Assembly (NCBI GenBank): GCA_046726415.1
Contig: JBKPAK010000254.1
Coordinates: 1-36,616, forward strand
From: Candidatus Methylomirabilota bacterium
Lineage (GTDB): Bacteria > Methylomirabilota > Methylomirabilia > Rokubacteriales > CSP1-6
Length of the DNA stretch: 36,616 nt
Reading direction: 5' to 3'
Shown: positions 1 through 8,466 of the stretch, one piece after another
Layout: the number at the start of each line of letters is the position of its first letter
How positions within the stretch are numbered: position 1 is the first letter of the stretch
Position numbers and translations under genes: made by a program
Notes under the pieces: generated by a model
Databases searched by the model: none
Seen by the model: only the letters and a program-made list of their open reading frames with translations
Told to the model about the DNA's origin: nothing

Positions 1-1
1 C

Positions 2-133
2 AGCTTTGCCGTGACGCCGGACCTCGTCGCGCGCGGCCTGACATGGGCCATGGTGCTCGGGCTCGTCGGCGGCCTGTTCCCGGCGATCCGCGCGGCGCGG
101 CGGCCGGTGGCCGAAGCGCTGCGCGCGGCCTAG
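2..133 (+). CDS. 3' end of ABC transporter permease (FtsX/MacB-like), partial at window edge
   Basis: Frame 2 reads SFAVTPDLVARGLTWAMVLGLVGGLFPAIRAARRPVAEALRAA*, matching the typical C-terminal G..PA.RAA...V.ALR signature; TAG at 131-133. Confidence 0.75.
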   Translation, partial: SFAVTPDLVARGLTWAMVLGLVGGLFPAIRAARRPVAEALRAA

Positions 134-137
134 CCCG

Positions 138-347
138 ATCAGGGCAATCCAGGAATCACTGGTCACCATGAAGGCCCGTAAGCCGGAGCCTTCGCGCATG
201 GGGGGCTTCTTCGGCGGCTTCCAACCCGCCGACGACGCGAAGTATCAGGTAATTCGCGATCTCAACGAGACGGCCAAGCGGCTGGTCGCCCAGAAGTTGG
301 GCAGCCGGGGGCCGGCGCGGCGCGCGATAGCGATGAGTCGATCCTGA
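138..347 (+). pseudogene. C-terminal remnant resembling a phosphate/phosphite/phosphonate ABC substrate-binding protein (PhnD-like)
   Basis: Reads IRAIQESLVTMKARKPEPSRMGGFFGGFQPADDAKYQVIRDLNETAKRLVAQK; F.PA.D..Y..IRDL resembles PhnD C-termini; the N-terminal part is absent. Confidence 0.45.
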
Positions 348-437
348 CCGGTGCAATCCTCACGCCGGGGAAGCGAGGTGCGACATGAGGTATCGGAGCC
401 GCAAGGGGTCATGGCCGGGGTCCCCATGCCGAGATAC

Positions 438-467
438 TTGACAAAGATGGTTTGAGCCGAATAGCGT
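438..467 (+). promoter_or_regulatory. Candidate sigma70 promoter
   Basis: TTGACA (438-443), 18-nt spacer, TAGCGT (462-467) in an AT-richer intergenic stretch. Confidence 0.35.
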
Positions 468-606
468 TTTCCCCACTTGTTTCACAATGGCTCTTTGGTG
501 GGGATTGATGGCCTTCCGAAGCGATCCCGTCCGGCTTCACGTATGGATGGGCCCACCGAGGGCGGCCCGCCCTTTGGTCCACCCACCTAGCGGCTCACAG
601 CCCTTC

Positions 607-621
607 TGGCACGCCCGTGGC
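607..621 (+). promoter_or_regulatory. Candidate sigma54 (-24/-12) promoter for the beta-propeller/di-heme gene
   Basis: TGGCACGCCCGTGGC: GG-N10-GC, perfect TGGCACG -24 box, one mismatch in TTGC. Confidence 0.4.
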
Positions 622-728
622 CCACCCGCGCTGATTCCAGGCGGGAACACGCTCGGCGGAGCTGAAACGATGGACGAAGCCTACGGGGAGAGAACAATGC
701 GAATCGCGATGTGGTTCAGGAGTACGCC

Positions 729-3293
729 ATGAATCGCCTCAAATCTCGGCTCATCACGTTGATGCGGACCTGGCCAATATATGGGGAGGAGGGGTGGGTG
801 GCGCCCCGCTCCCTCATGGTGCTCGCGGCCGTCTTGGTCCTGGTGGGTTTCAGCGCCGCGGCTCAGAGGACGGTTGACGCCGGCCTGTCCGCCACAGCGG
901 CAACACCGAGCCGCTCGACCACCATCGCTCTGACCTCAGACGAGCAACGCCTCGTCGTCGTCAATCGCGAGGCGAACAGTGTCTCGATCATCAGAGTCAA
1001 AAATGCCTTTGGCATCGATATCGGCAGGAAAGTCGCGGAGATCGGCGTTGGCGAAGAGCCGCGCTGCGTGGCCATCCACCCGAACGACCAGGTGGCGTAT
1101 GTCACCAATGGCATCAGCGGCACCGTCTCGGTCGTCGACCTCGGTCTGCGGAAGGTTGCGGCGACGATCCCCGTGGGCACCGAGCCGCGGGGCTGCGCCC
1201 TGACGCCGAACGGATCGCTGCTCTATGTGGCCAACCATACGGAAGGCACGGTGTCCATCATCAACACTGCTTCACGGACCGTCGTGGGAACGGTGGATGT
1301 TGGACGCAATCCCACCGCCCTGGCCATCACGAACGACGGTGACAGCGACGACGCAGACGAAACGGTCTTCGTCACCCAGATCTTCGCCGAGCTCAACCCC
1401 GACTTCGTCGACCCCAATTTCGACGGCAATGGTGAGGTGCGGGACCTCGGGAAACGAGGAGTCGTCCAGGCCTTCCCGGCGGGCAATGCCAATCCCCCGA
1501 TCACCAAAATTACCCTGGCCCCGCTGCGCAATTCCGGCTTTAACGCCAGCCGGACGGCCTTTTGCCCGAAAGCCGTCGACCCCCAACCCCACTCCTTGAT
1601 CTTCTGCCCTGACCCGAATGTACCTGGAACTGACCCGGTGAACGCGAACAACCCGCAGGGGGTGTTCCCCAACCAGCTCCTATCGGCATTGATTCGCGGC
1701 AACCGTCTGTATCTGCCGAACATCGGAGCCCAGCCCGAGCCACCGGAGACGGCAACTACGAACGTGCAGGCTCTCGTCAACCAGGTGAACACCACCACGC
1801 TGATGGAGGTGGGAGCTCAGAACCTGAACAGGCAGATCGACAGGGAGACGGCGGCGCCTCCCCCCAGCCTCGATAGGACGTTCGGCAACGACATCGTGGC
1901 CATCGATGCCAACCTCGCCGGCGACAGGTTCCTGATCGTCAGCCGGGGCGGCAACCAGGTGTTCCGTGCCAATCTCGACCAGGCGACCGGCCAGCTCAAC
2001 CTCCTGAACGCGGCGGCGGACAGAGTGGACTGCCGCGTCCAGACGGGCAACCTGCCGAGCGGCGTGGCCATGCGCCAGGACGGGACACGCGGCTACGCCA
2101 ACAACGAGGCGAACTTCTCGGTGACGTCCATGAATGTCGATGATGGTCTTTGCCTCATCCTCCAACTCGACATCGACTCCGCCGAACCTCCCGCCCCTGG
2201 CAGCTTCCAGCACGCCGTGCTGGTGGGCAAGCTCGCCTTCTTCACCGCCTTCGGTATCCCAGACAATGACATCTTCGGCACCCCGATCCGCCAGTTCGTC
2301 CCGCGGAATTTCAAGGGCAAGATGTCGAAGGACGCCTGGAGTAGCTGCGGGTCGTGCCATCCCGACGGACTCGCCGATGGCGTCACGTGGTCCTTCGGCA
2401 CCGGGTCGCGCCAGACCATTCCCCTGGACGGGATGTTCTCCAAACAATTCCCGGATGATCAGCGCGTCCTCAACTGGAGCGCCGTGCGCGGCAGCAACAC
2501 TGATTTCAACGCCAACTCCCGCGCCACCCAGGGGGGCTGCGGCTTCGCCAGCGATAATTTCGACCCCGGGCAATGTTTCGCCAAGGGAAACACGACCATC
2601 GCGAACCCGGCCGTCTACGACCACGGCATCGTGCACGGGGGCAGTGATGCCCTCGACGCCCAAACGCTGTGGATCTTCGCCGCCGTGCGGCCGCTGCACC
2701 AGCCGCAGGGGAATGCGGCGATGCGGCAGGCCGGTCAGGCGGTCTTTGCCGCCAATTGTGCCTCCTGCCACGGAGGGGCCAAGTGGACGAAGAGCGAGAT
2801 CTTCCACCGCGACAACCCCGCCGCCGTCGCGCAGAACGGGCCCACCTTGGACCCCGGCCTCCGCAGGACCCCGAGACTGGCGAACGAGTTAGAGTCGTTC
2901 GCTTGCAACGCTAGCCTCTTCCGCTACCTCGAGAGGGTGGGGACGTTCGATGTCACGAATCCCCTCGAGATCCGCGACAACGCCACGGCCAGCACGGCAT
3001 TCGGGGTCGATGGGTTCCAACCGCCGTCCTTGCTCAGCACGAACTATCACGCGCCGTACCTGCACCGTGGCCAAGCCCAGACCCTGGAGGATGTCTTCCC
3101 GCTGCACGGCCTGGGGCCCTTTGGGATGTTCTTCCCACCGGCGACCACGATTCAGACGCAGCTGAGCGCGCTCGAGCGGGCAAATCTGCTGGTGTTCCTG
3201 AAATCCATCGATGGCACCACCAACCACCTCCGCTCGGAGGGGGACGAGTTCAGGGATACCCTGAGGTTCCAGGGCGCTCCCTGTCCGCAGTAA
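729..3293 (+). CDS. Exported YVTN/YncE beta-propeller fused to a di-heme cytochrome c peroxidase/MauG-like domain
   Basis: ATG 729 after AGGAG; hydrophobic N-terminal segment; repeated YVTN/YVAN...GTVSVI...I.VG..P blades; two CxxCH (CGSCH 2346-2360, CASCH 2757-2771); CCP-type F..PSL....APYLH.G...TLEDV and terminal L..FL.SI motifs. Confidence 0.85.
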   Translation: MNRLKSRLITLMRTWPIYGEEGWVAPRSLMVLAAVLVLVGFSAAAQRTVDAGLSATAATPSRSTTIALTSDEQRLVVVNREANSVSIIRVKNAFGIDIGRKVAEIGVGEEPRCVAIHPNDQVAYVTNGISGTVSVVDLGLRKVAATIPVGTEPRGCALTPNGSLLYVANHTEGTVSIINTASRTVVGTVDVGRNPTALAITNDGDSDDADETVFVTQIFAELNPDFVDPNFDGNGEVRDLGKRGVVQAFPAGNANPPITKITLAPLRNSGFNASRTAFCPKAVDPQPHSLIFCPDPNVPGTDPVNANNPQGVFPNQLLSALIRGNRLYLPNIGAQPEPPETATTNVQALVNQVNTTTLMEVGAQNLNRQIDRETAAPPPSLDRTFGNDIVAIDANLAGDRFLIVSRGGNQVFRANLDQATGQLNLLNAAADRVDCRVQTGNLPSGVAMRQDGTRGYANNEANFSVTSMNVDDGLCLILQLDIDSAEPPAPGSFQHAVLVGKLAFFTAFGIPDNDIFGTPIRQFVPRNFKGKMSKDAWSSCGSCHPDGLADGVTWSFGTGSRQTIPLDGMFSKQFPDDQRVLNWSAVRGSNTDFNANSRATQGGCGFASDNFDPGQCFAKGNTTIANPAVYDHGIVHGGSDALDAQTLWIFAAVRPLHQPQGNAAMRQAGQAVFAANCASCHGGAKWTKSEIFHRDNPAAVAQNGPTLDPGLRRTPRLANELESFACNASLFRYLERVGTFDVTNPLEIRDNATASTAFGVDGFQPPSLLSTNYHAPYLHRGQAQTLEDVFPLHGLGPFGMFFPPATTIQTQLSALERANLLVFLKSIDGTTNHLRSEGDEFRDTLRFQGAPCPQ

Positions 3294-3301
3294 CACCCTG
3301 A

Positions 3302-3339
3302 GGCAACGTCGCCGTGGAACGCACCGCGGCGACGTTGCC
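3302..3339. terminator. 16-bp stem hairpin between convergent genes (possible bidirectional terminator)
   Basis: GGCAACGTCGCCGTGG-AACGCA-CCGCGGCGACGTTGCC; no U-tract. Confidence 0.55.
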
Positions 3340-3402
3340 ATACCGCCGAGGAAGGCGCAGAGGCCAGCTTACGGGCTGGCCCTGCCGGCATCGGTGATTA
3401 CC

Positions 3403-3777
3403 TCACTTCGCTGTCTTGGTCTTGGATTCAGCTTTGACTGGGCCGACGGCGATCACCTTTCCACCCTTCTCGAAGACTCTCACCTCGTTACCGACTTTGA
3501 CCTTTTCCAGCGCAGCTTTCGCGCCCTTCGACTCGGCGATCAGGTTGACCTCTTTGTCCTTTAACTTCACCGTCAGCGTGCCCGCCTTGGCGTCGACCGA
3601 CCTCACCTCACCCGTGAGAATGGTGGCCTGAGCCTGCTCTGATTTCGTTTCGGTTTTCTGCTCCACGGCCGGAGCAGCGGGAGTGGTGGGGCTGGCCGGT
3701 TTCGCTTGCGCGAAACTGACGCCGGTGAATGCAAAGCTCACCAAAGCAACGCTCAAACCCGTGATGGCGTTTTTCAC
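3403..3777 (-). CDS. Small exported Lys-rich beta-barrel (OB-fold-like) protein
   Basis: GTG 3777 after a GAGGGG RBS; signal peptide ending SFA-Q; Pro/Ala linker; G.V.SVD..AGTLTV...LEKVKVG..V.V pattern. Confidence 0.7.
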   Translation of the reverse strand: MKNAITGLSVALVSFAFTGVSFAQAKPASPTTPAAPAVEQKTETKSEQAQATILTGEVRSVDAKAGTLTVKLKDKEVNLIAESKGAKAALEKVKVGNEVRVFEKGGKVIAVGPVKAESKTKTAK

Positions 3778-3805
3778 AGTGTCACCCCCTCTCGCGAGGT
3801 GCTGC

Positions 3806-4912
3806 TCAGCGGAGACCCGGGCACGTGCTCCATACGACCGCCGTGTAACCACCCTCGCCGATACTCATGCCGGCGACCTTGCCCCCCGCGTTGATGGCAA
3901 ACGCCTGGCTCTCCGTGTCGCCACTGAGCGGTGGGAGCGCCGTGGGATGCCCGGTCTGGCTCCAGAACACTGCCGTTGATCCGTCGGATCCCGTGCTTCG
4001 GCCAGCCGCCACGCCATGATCGTTGACGGCGAATGCCTCGCTCTCCGTGTCGCCGGCCAGCGGCGAACGCAGTCTCGGTCGGCGAGCCCAGACGACCGCC
4101 GTATCGGGGCCGCCTCGACTGCTGTCGCCGGCGATCAGGCCGAAGATGTTGATGGCGTGCGCCTCGCTTCTCGTATCGCCCGGCGGGAGTGGCAGGGTCG
4201 TCGGCGTGCCGGCGAGGTCCCAGACGGTGGCTGAATCGACGTGGTCCGGCGTGGAGCTGAAGCCGACCACCCCGCCGAGCAGGTTGATGCCGAGCGCCGC
4301 GGCCTCGCTGGCTCCCTCCGCGGGCGGCAGAGGTGTGGGTCTCCCGCTCCGATCCCACACCACCGCCGTCAGCACCACCCCGCCGTGGGGTGCACCGAAT
4401 GCGCCGCGGCCCAGGCTGTACCCGGCGACCTGACCAAACGCGTTGATCGCGCGCGCAAAGCTCTCGGCGTCGCCGGACAAGGGGCGCAGAGGCGTGGCCA
4501 GGCCCTGCCGATCCCACACGACCGCTGTGGATCCTGCTCCCCGGCTGACCCCCGCGACTTCGCCGAACGCGTTGATCGCGTGCCCCTCGCTGGCGTAGTC
4601 GCTGGCCAGCGGCGGGAGCGCTTGAGGGAAGCCCAGAAAGCTCCATCTCACGGCCGTGGCGAAATTGCCATGGCTCGTGCCGGCCACCTCGCCGATGGGG
4701 CTGATCGCGCGAGCCTCGCTGTTAAGATGACCGGGCAGCGGCGAGAGCGGCACCGGAAGCTGAAGTCCCAAGAGCGACCAGGGCAGGCACCCAACTCCCA
4801 GCTCCGCGCCGGGCTCTGCGCGATCGGCAGCGAGAGCACCGACCCCGGGCACAACAACCGACAGAGCGAGAACCAGAGCCACAACCAGGAACGAGCAGCC
4901 TTGAGGAGTCAT
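3806..4912 (-). CDS. Exported HAF-like repeat protein (seven ~40-aa repeats, probable beta-propeller)
   Basis: ATG 4912 after GGAGG; signal peptide; 7 copies of LPPL.GD.ES.A.AIN..G.VAG.S...TAVVW. Confidence 0.8.
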   Translation of the reverse strand: MTPQGCSFLVVALVLALSVVVPGVGALAADRAEPGAELGVGCLPWSLLGLQLPVPLSPLPGHLNSEARAISPIGEVAGTSHGNFATAVRWSFLGFPQALPPLASDYASEGHAINAFGEVAGVSRGAGSTAVVWDRQGLATPLRPLSGDAESFARAINAFGQVAGYSLGRGAFGAPHGGVVLTAVVWDRSGRPTPLPPAEGASEAAALGINLLGGVVGFSSTPDHVDSATVWDLAGTPTTLPLPPGDTRSEAHAINIFGLIAGDSSRGGPDTAVVWARRPRLRSPLAGDTESEAFAVNDHGVAAGRSTGSDGSTAVFWSQTGHPTALPPLSGDTESQAFAINAGGKVAGMSIGEGGYTAVVWSTCPGLR

Positions 4913-4935
4913 CGCGTGCCTCCCGTGCATCCCGG

Positions 4936-5781
4936 CTATGGTGAGCAAAAGACCACCTCGAAGCTGGTGCCGGGCGGGCAGTCGTGCGAGCCGCCTTTGT
5001 CGTCGAACGAGTAGCTGTAGGCCGACGGGCACTGGCCGCGCACGAGCGCCACGTACTTCGTCTGCTCTATTGGTCCGGCCTGGCATTGACCAGGGGTCAC
5101 CGGTGGAAACGGGCAGCAGAGCTGCTCGCCGGGCTGCTGGCGCTCCGGCTTGCCCATCCCGTAGGGCGGAGGAGAGTTCCACTTCTTGCACGGCGACAGA
5201 CACTGCACAGTCTGGCTATTCTTGACGACGCGGAGGTCCCCGATTCCCAGGATCTCGTCCCTCGGGCAGGAGGCAAAGGCCATCGCGCAGCTCGTCGCCG
5301 TGCAGCGCCCGCCATCGCTCGTGCTCGGCGTGACCTTCGCGGACAGCGTATAGCCATCGACGAGCGAGATGTCGTAATAGGGCCGCGTCCCGGATCCCAG
5401 GGGAGCGTAGAAGAATTCGACCTTGGTGTCTCCCGGAGGCTCGCATCCCGTGGGCGGGCACGGCGGGACGGAGCTCCCGGCCAGACAGTTGTTGCCACTC
5501 TCGTCGCAACCGTTCTTCGGCCAGAAGCGGCCTCCCCATCCACCCTGGGGGATCGTATAGTTCGCCGTCTGCCCGGAATTGAGCTTCGCCGCGGGACTCG
5601 GATTGTCGCTGGAGAGCGGCGAAAAACCCGGGTTGGGGGTCTGGGCGACCCACACGGGGAACGCGCAACTGTTGTTGATGGAAATTCGGGGCGCTTGCGC
5701 GGCCCCGACCGCGGGATGGCCGACCACCACGAAAGCGACGAGCGCTGCCAAGGGCAAAGTTGATCTCGGATCGCGAATCAC
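4936..5781 (-). CDS. Thaumatin-like (PR-5 family) secreted protein
   Basis: GTG after GGAGG; signal peptide; N.C.FPVW, WGGRFW...GC, T..EF, YDISLVDGY, CLSPC, CPSAYSY..DD and terminal F.VVFC motifs; 16 Cys. Confidence 0.9.
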   Translation of the reverse strand: MIRDPRSTLPLAALVAFVVVGHPAVGAAQAPRISINNSCAFPVWVAQTPNPGFSPLSSDNPSPAAKLNSGQTANYTIPQGGWGGRFWPKNGCDESGNNCLAGSSVPPCPPTGCEPPGDTKVEFFYAPLGSGTRPYYDISLVDGYTLSAKVTPSTSDGGRCTATSCAMAFASCPRDEILGIGDLRVVKNSQTVQCLSPCKKWNSPPPYGMGKPERQQPGEQLCCPFPPVTPGQCQAGPIEQTKYVALVRGQCPSAYSYSFDDKGGSHDCPPGTSFEVVFCSP

Positions 5782-5989
5782 GTGCCGTCCTCCGCATTGG
5801 GAAGCGCGCAGCGGCGAGCAGCATAGATCAAGTCATGGGGAAAAGGCCAGCGCCAAGCGCGGTCGTGGCGACCCCCCCGACCGCTGAGCGGTACCTCGAG
5901 CAACTGCCAGGAATATGGCCATCTACTTGGTGCCCGGCGGCCGCCATTGTATGGTCGTGCGGCGGCCGGTCGAGGGACGCTGGGCGGCG

Positions 5990-6076
5990 TCGCACTCGCC
6001 ACTCTGCGCCATGAATCGCACTCGCCGCCTCGTGCCATGAATCGCACTCGCCACTTTGCGCCATGAATCGCACTCG
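5990..6076 (+). repeat. 26-bp tandem repeat, about 3.3 copies, spanning the SGNH gene start
   Basis: TCGCACTCGCC-N7-GCCATGAA at 5990, 6016 and 6042, plus partial copy at 6068. Confidence 0.9.
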
Positions 6077-7508
6077 GAACCTCGCGCCCAGCCCCACCCC
6101 GGATGCCCACCTCCTGGGCGCTCTCTACCTTTTGGAAGTGGCGGCACTCGTGGCCCACGTCGCCTTCACCGCGAAGGGCTCCCGCCCGGTGCCCAATTTT
6201 CTGTCGAGTCCGCCCGGCGCGGTCTTCCTCGCCGCGGTGGTCGCACTTGTGGCGGCCACCGCCGCCATAGTGCATCGCTATCGCACGCGAGCGCGCCACG
6301 ACCCGCGGCGCTTCGCCTTCACCGTCATGCTGAACCTCGTTCCGGTTCTGCTCCTGCTGGCCAGCGGCGAGCTGGCCGTTCGTCTGCTGGCCCGATCGAC
6401 GCCCCGCGGGCCCGCCTTCATGAACACGCCCTTGCTGCCCCGGCGGTGGTCTGACGTCGTCGCGCGCAATGAGGCGATCCTGGCGCGCGTTGCGGGCACG
6501 GGGTCCTATCTCGTCCCCGACGAGCGGCTGGGCTGGGTGGTTGGGCCCGATCGCCAGAGTGCTGACGGCCTGAAGTTCAGCAGCGCCGAGGGCATCCGGA
6601 GCGCGCGGCCGGGCGTGGTCTTCGCGGACCGCCCGAGCTCTCACCGCATTGCCCTGGTGGGTGATTCCTTCACCTTCGGCCTCGACGTCAGCTACGAGCA
6701 GTCGTGGGGACATCAGCTCGAGCGCGCCCTGGGTCCCGGCGTTCAGGTCCTCAACTTTGGCGTCGAGGCCTATGGGATCGACCAGGCATATCTGCGCTAT
6801 GAGCGCGACGTGCGGCCCTGGCGGCCCAACGTCGTGATCCTCGGTTTCATCGACCACGATCTGTGGCGGTCGATGGCCGTGTACTTCTTCGTCAGCTTTC
6901 CGAGCTGGGAGTACCCTTTCGCCAAGCCGCGCTTCGTGGCGGACGGCGACCGACTGGTGCTCTTGAACGTTCCCCTTCCCTCACCGCAAGCGATCCTGGC
7001 CGCCCGGTCGATTCGCGACCTTCCCTTCGTCGAGTACGATCCGGGGTACCGTGAACAGGACTGGCAGTGGCGGGCGCTCGACCGGTCCTTCCTCTATCGC
7101 TTCCTCGTTTCGGCGTCTGGCCGGTGGTGGTCCAATCCGCGCGCAGCGCAGCAGCGGGTGTTCGATCTCAACGGCGCCATCATCCGCGCCTTCATCCGGC
7201 AGGCGCACGCCGAAGGATCGATTCCCCTCGTCGTGTACTTTCCCTCCGATCGCGATTTCCGGGCACGCGCCAAGGACCCCGGCTGGCGGAGTCTCGCCCA
7301 GACCATGTTGCGGACGAACGACATCCCGCACATCGATCTGACGCCCTGCCTGGCGGCCCTCGACCCCGCCCAGCGATTCCCCGCCGACGGTCGCTCCCAC
7401 TACGCGCCGCGCGCCAACGCGAAGGTCGCCGAGTGCCTGCGCGATGGCATCGCGTCATCGCTCGCGCGGCGGCCGGCGCAGCCGCTGAGGCGCGCCCCGG
7501 AACGCTGA
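6063..7508 (+). CDS. Membrane-anchored SGNH/GDSL hydrolase family protein
   Basis: About three N-terminal TM segments; ALVGDSFTFG (block I), NFGVEAYG (block II), C-terminal DGRSHY. Confidence 0.8.
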   Translation: MNRTRNLAPSPTPDAHLLGALYLLEVAALVAHVAFTAKGSRPVPNFLSSPPGAVFLAAVVALVAATAAIVHRYRTRARHDPRRFAFTVMLNLVPVLLLLASGELAVRLLARSTPRGPAFMNTPLLPRRWSDVVARNEAILARVAGTGSYLVPDERLGWVVGPDRQSADGLKFSSAEGIRSARPGVVFADRPSSHRIALVGDSFTFGLDVSYEQSWGHQLERALGPGVQVLNFGVEAYGIDQAYLRYERDVRPWRPNVVILGFIDHDLWRSMAVYFFVSFPSWEYPFAKPRFVADGDRLVLLNVPLPSPQAILAARSIRDLPFVEYDPGYREQDWQWRALDRSFLYRFLVSASGRWWSNPRAAQQRVFDLNGAIIRAFIRQAHAEGSIPLVVYFPSDRDFRARAKDPGWRSLAQTMLRTNDIPHIDLTPCLAALDPAQRFPADGRSHYAPRANAKVAECLRDGIASSLARRPAQPLRRAPER

Positions 7509-7711
7509 TCATCGCGCGGCCCACTGTCTCGTGGCGAGCGGACCGATCGCGTTGCGCGGGATCGACGGCTGACGGAAGATCGCTACAGTGCTCAGTCAAC
7601 CGGGGCCGGTGTCGGCATGAAGCGCACGGGCCGCTCCCCCAGAGATGGGCTCGGCCTCATCGTCCTCGGTCGTGCGTCGCCGACGCGCCCAAGCCCGGAT
7701 GCGAGGTGGCC

Positions 7712-8371
7712 ATGACGCCCTCGCCCAGATTGGCGTTCGTCACCATCGTGGGGACTCTGGCCTTTTTCGGGCTCGCCGTCCTCGGCTGGGGCGGGTTTGC
7801 CGCCTTCTTCTCCCACCCGGCCCGGATTGCCCTGACGATCGCCCTCTTCGCGCTGTCTGGCGCAGCGCTTTTCAGCGGCGGAAACCTGAGCCCCGGCGTG
7901 CGCGAGGATCGCGCCAACCGCTGGGTCATCGTGGCCTTCTCCCTGATCGGGCTGCTGGCTGGCTATCTTCCGGCCTACACAGACCGAAAGGAGTTTTGGA
8001 CTCTCGACGGGGACTCCATTCGCTGGCTTGGCGTCGTTCTCTTCGCCGCCGGCGGTGCCCTGCGGCTGTGGCCCGTCTTTGTGCTCGGTCGTCGGTTTAG
8101 CGGGCTGGTCGCCATCCAGCCCGGGCATACGCTGGTCACCAGTGGCGTCTATGGCATCATTCGGCACCCGAGCTATCTGGGGCTGATCGTCAACTCACTG
8201 GGGTGGGCCCTCGCCTTTCGTTCGGGCGTCGGCGTCCTGCTCACGGCCCTCATGATCCCGCCACTGCTCGCGCGGATACGCGCCGAAGAGGCGCTGCTGC
8301 GCACGCAGTTCGGCAGCGAGTACGATGCCTACCGCCGCCGCACGCCGCGGTTGATCCCCGGGCTGTACTGA
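7712..8371 (+). CDS. Isoprenylcysteine carboxyl methyltransferase (ICMT/PEMT) family membrane protein
   Basis: ATG 7712 after GAGG; LGRRFS, H.LVTSG.Y..IRHPSY.G, RI.AEE..L..FG.EY..Y motifs. Confidence 0.9.
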   Translation: MTPSPRLAFVTIVGTLAFFGLAVLGWGGFAAFFSHPARIALTIALFALSGAALFSGGNLSPGVREDRANRWVIVAFSLIGLLAGYLPAYTDRKEFWTLDGDSIRWLGVVLFAAGGALRLWPVFVLGRRFSGLVAIQPGHTLVTSGVYGIIRHPSYLGLIVNSLGWALAFRSGVGVLLTALMIPPLLARIRAEEALLRTQFGSEYDAYRRRTPRLIPGLY

Positions 8372-8466
8372 GGCGAGCGGCCTAAAAGTCAGAGTGGAAG
8401 CGCCAGCTTCTGAGGGCGCGACTCCCTCGCGCCACACCTCTCACGCCAAGCGTCGGCCCCGCGGCC

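Noticed and set aside
729-3293. True hydrazine synthase or anammox capacity
   Set aside because: Only architectural similarity; no hzsA-like gene or other anammox marker in the window
5990-6076. CRISPR array
   Set aside because: Variable segments are only 7 nt and similar to each other, there are about 3 units, and no cas genes are present
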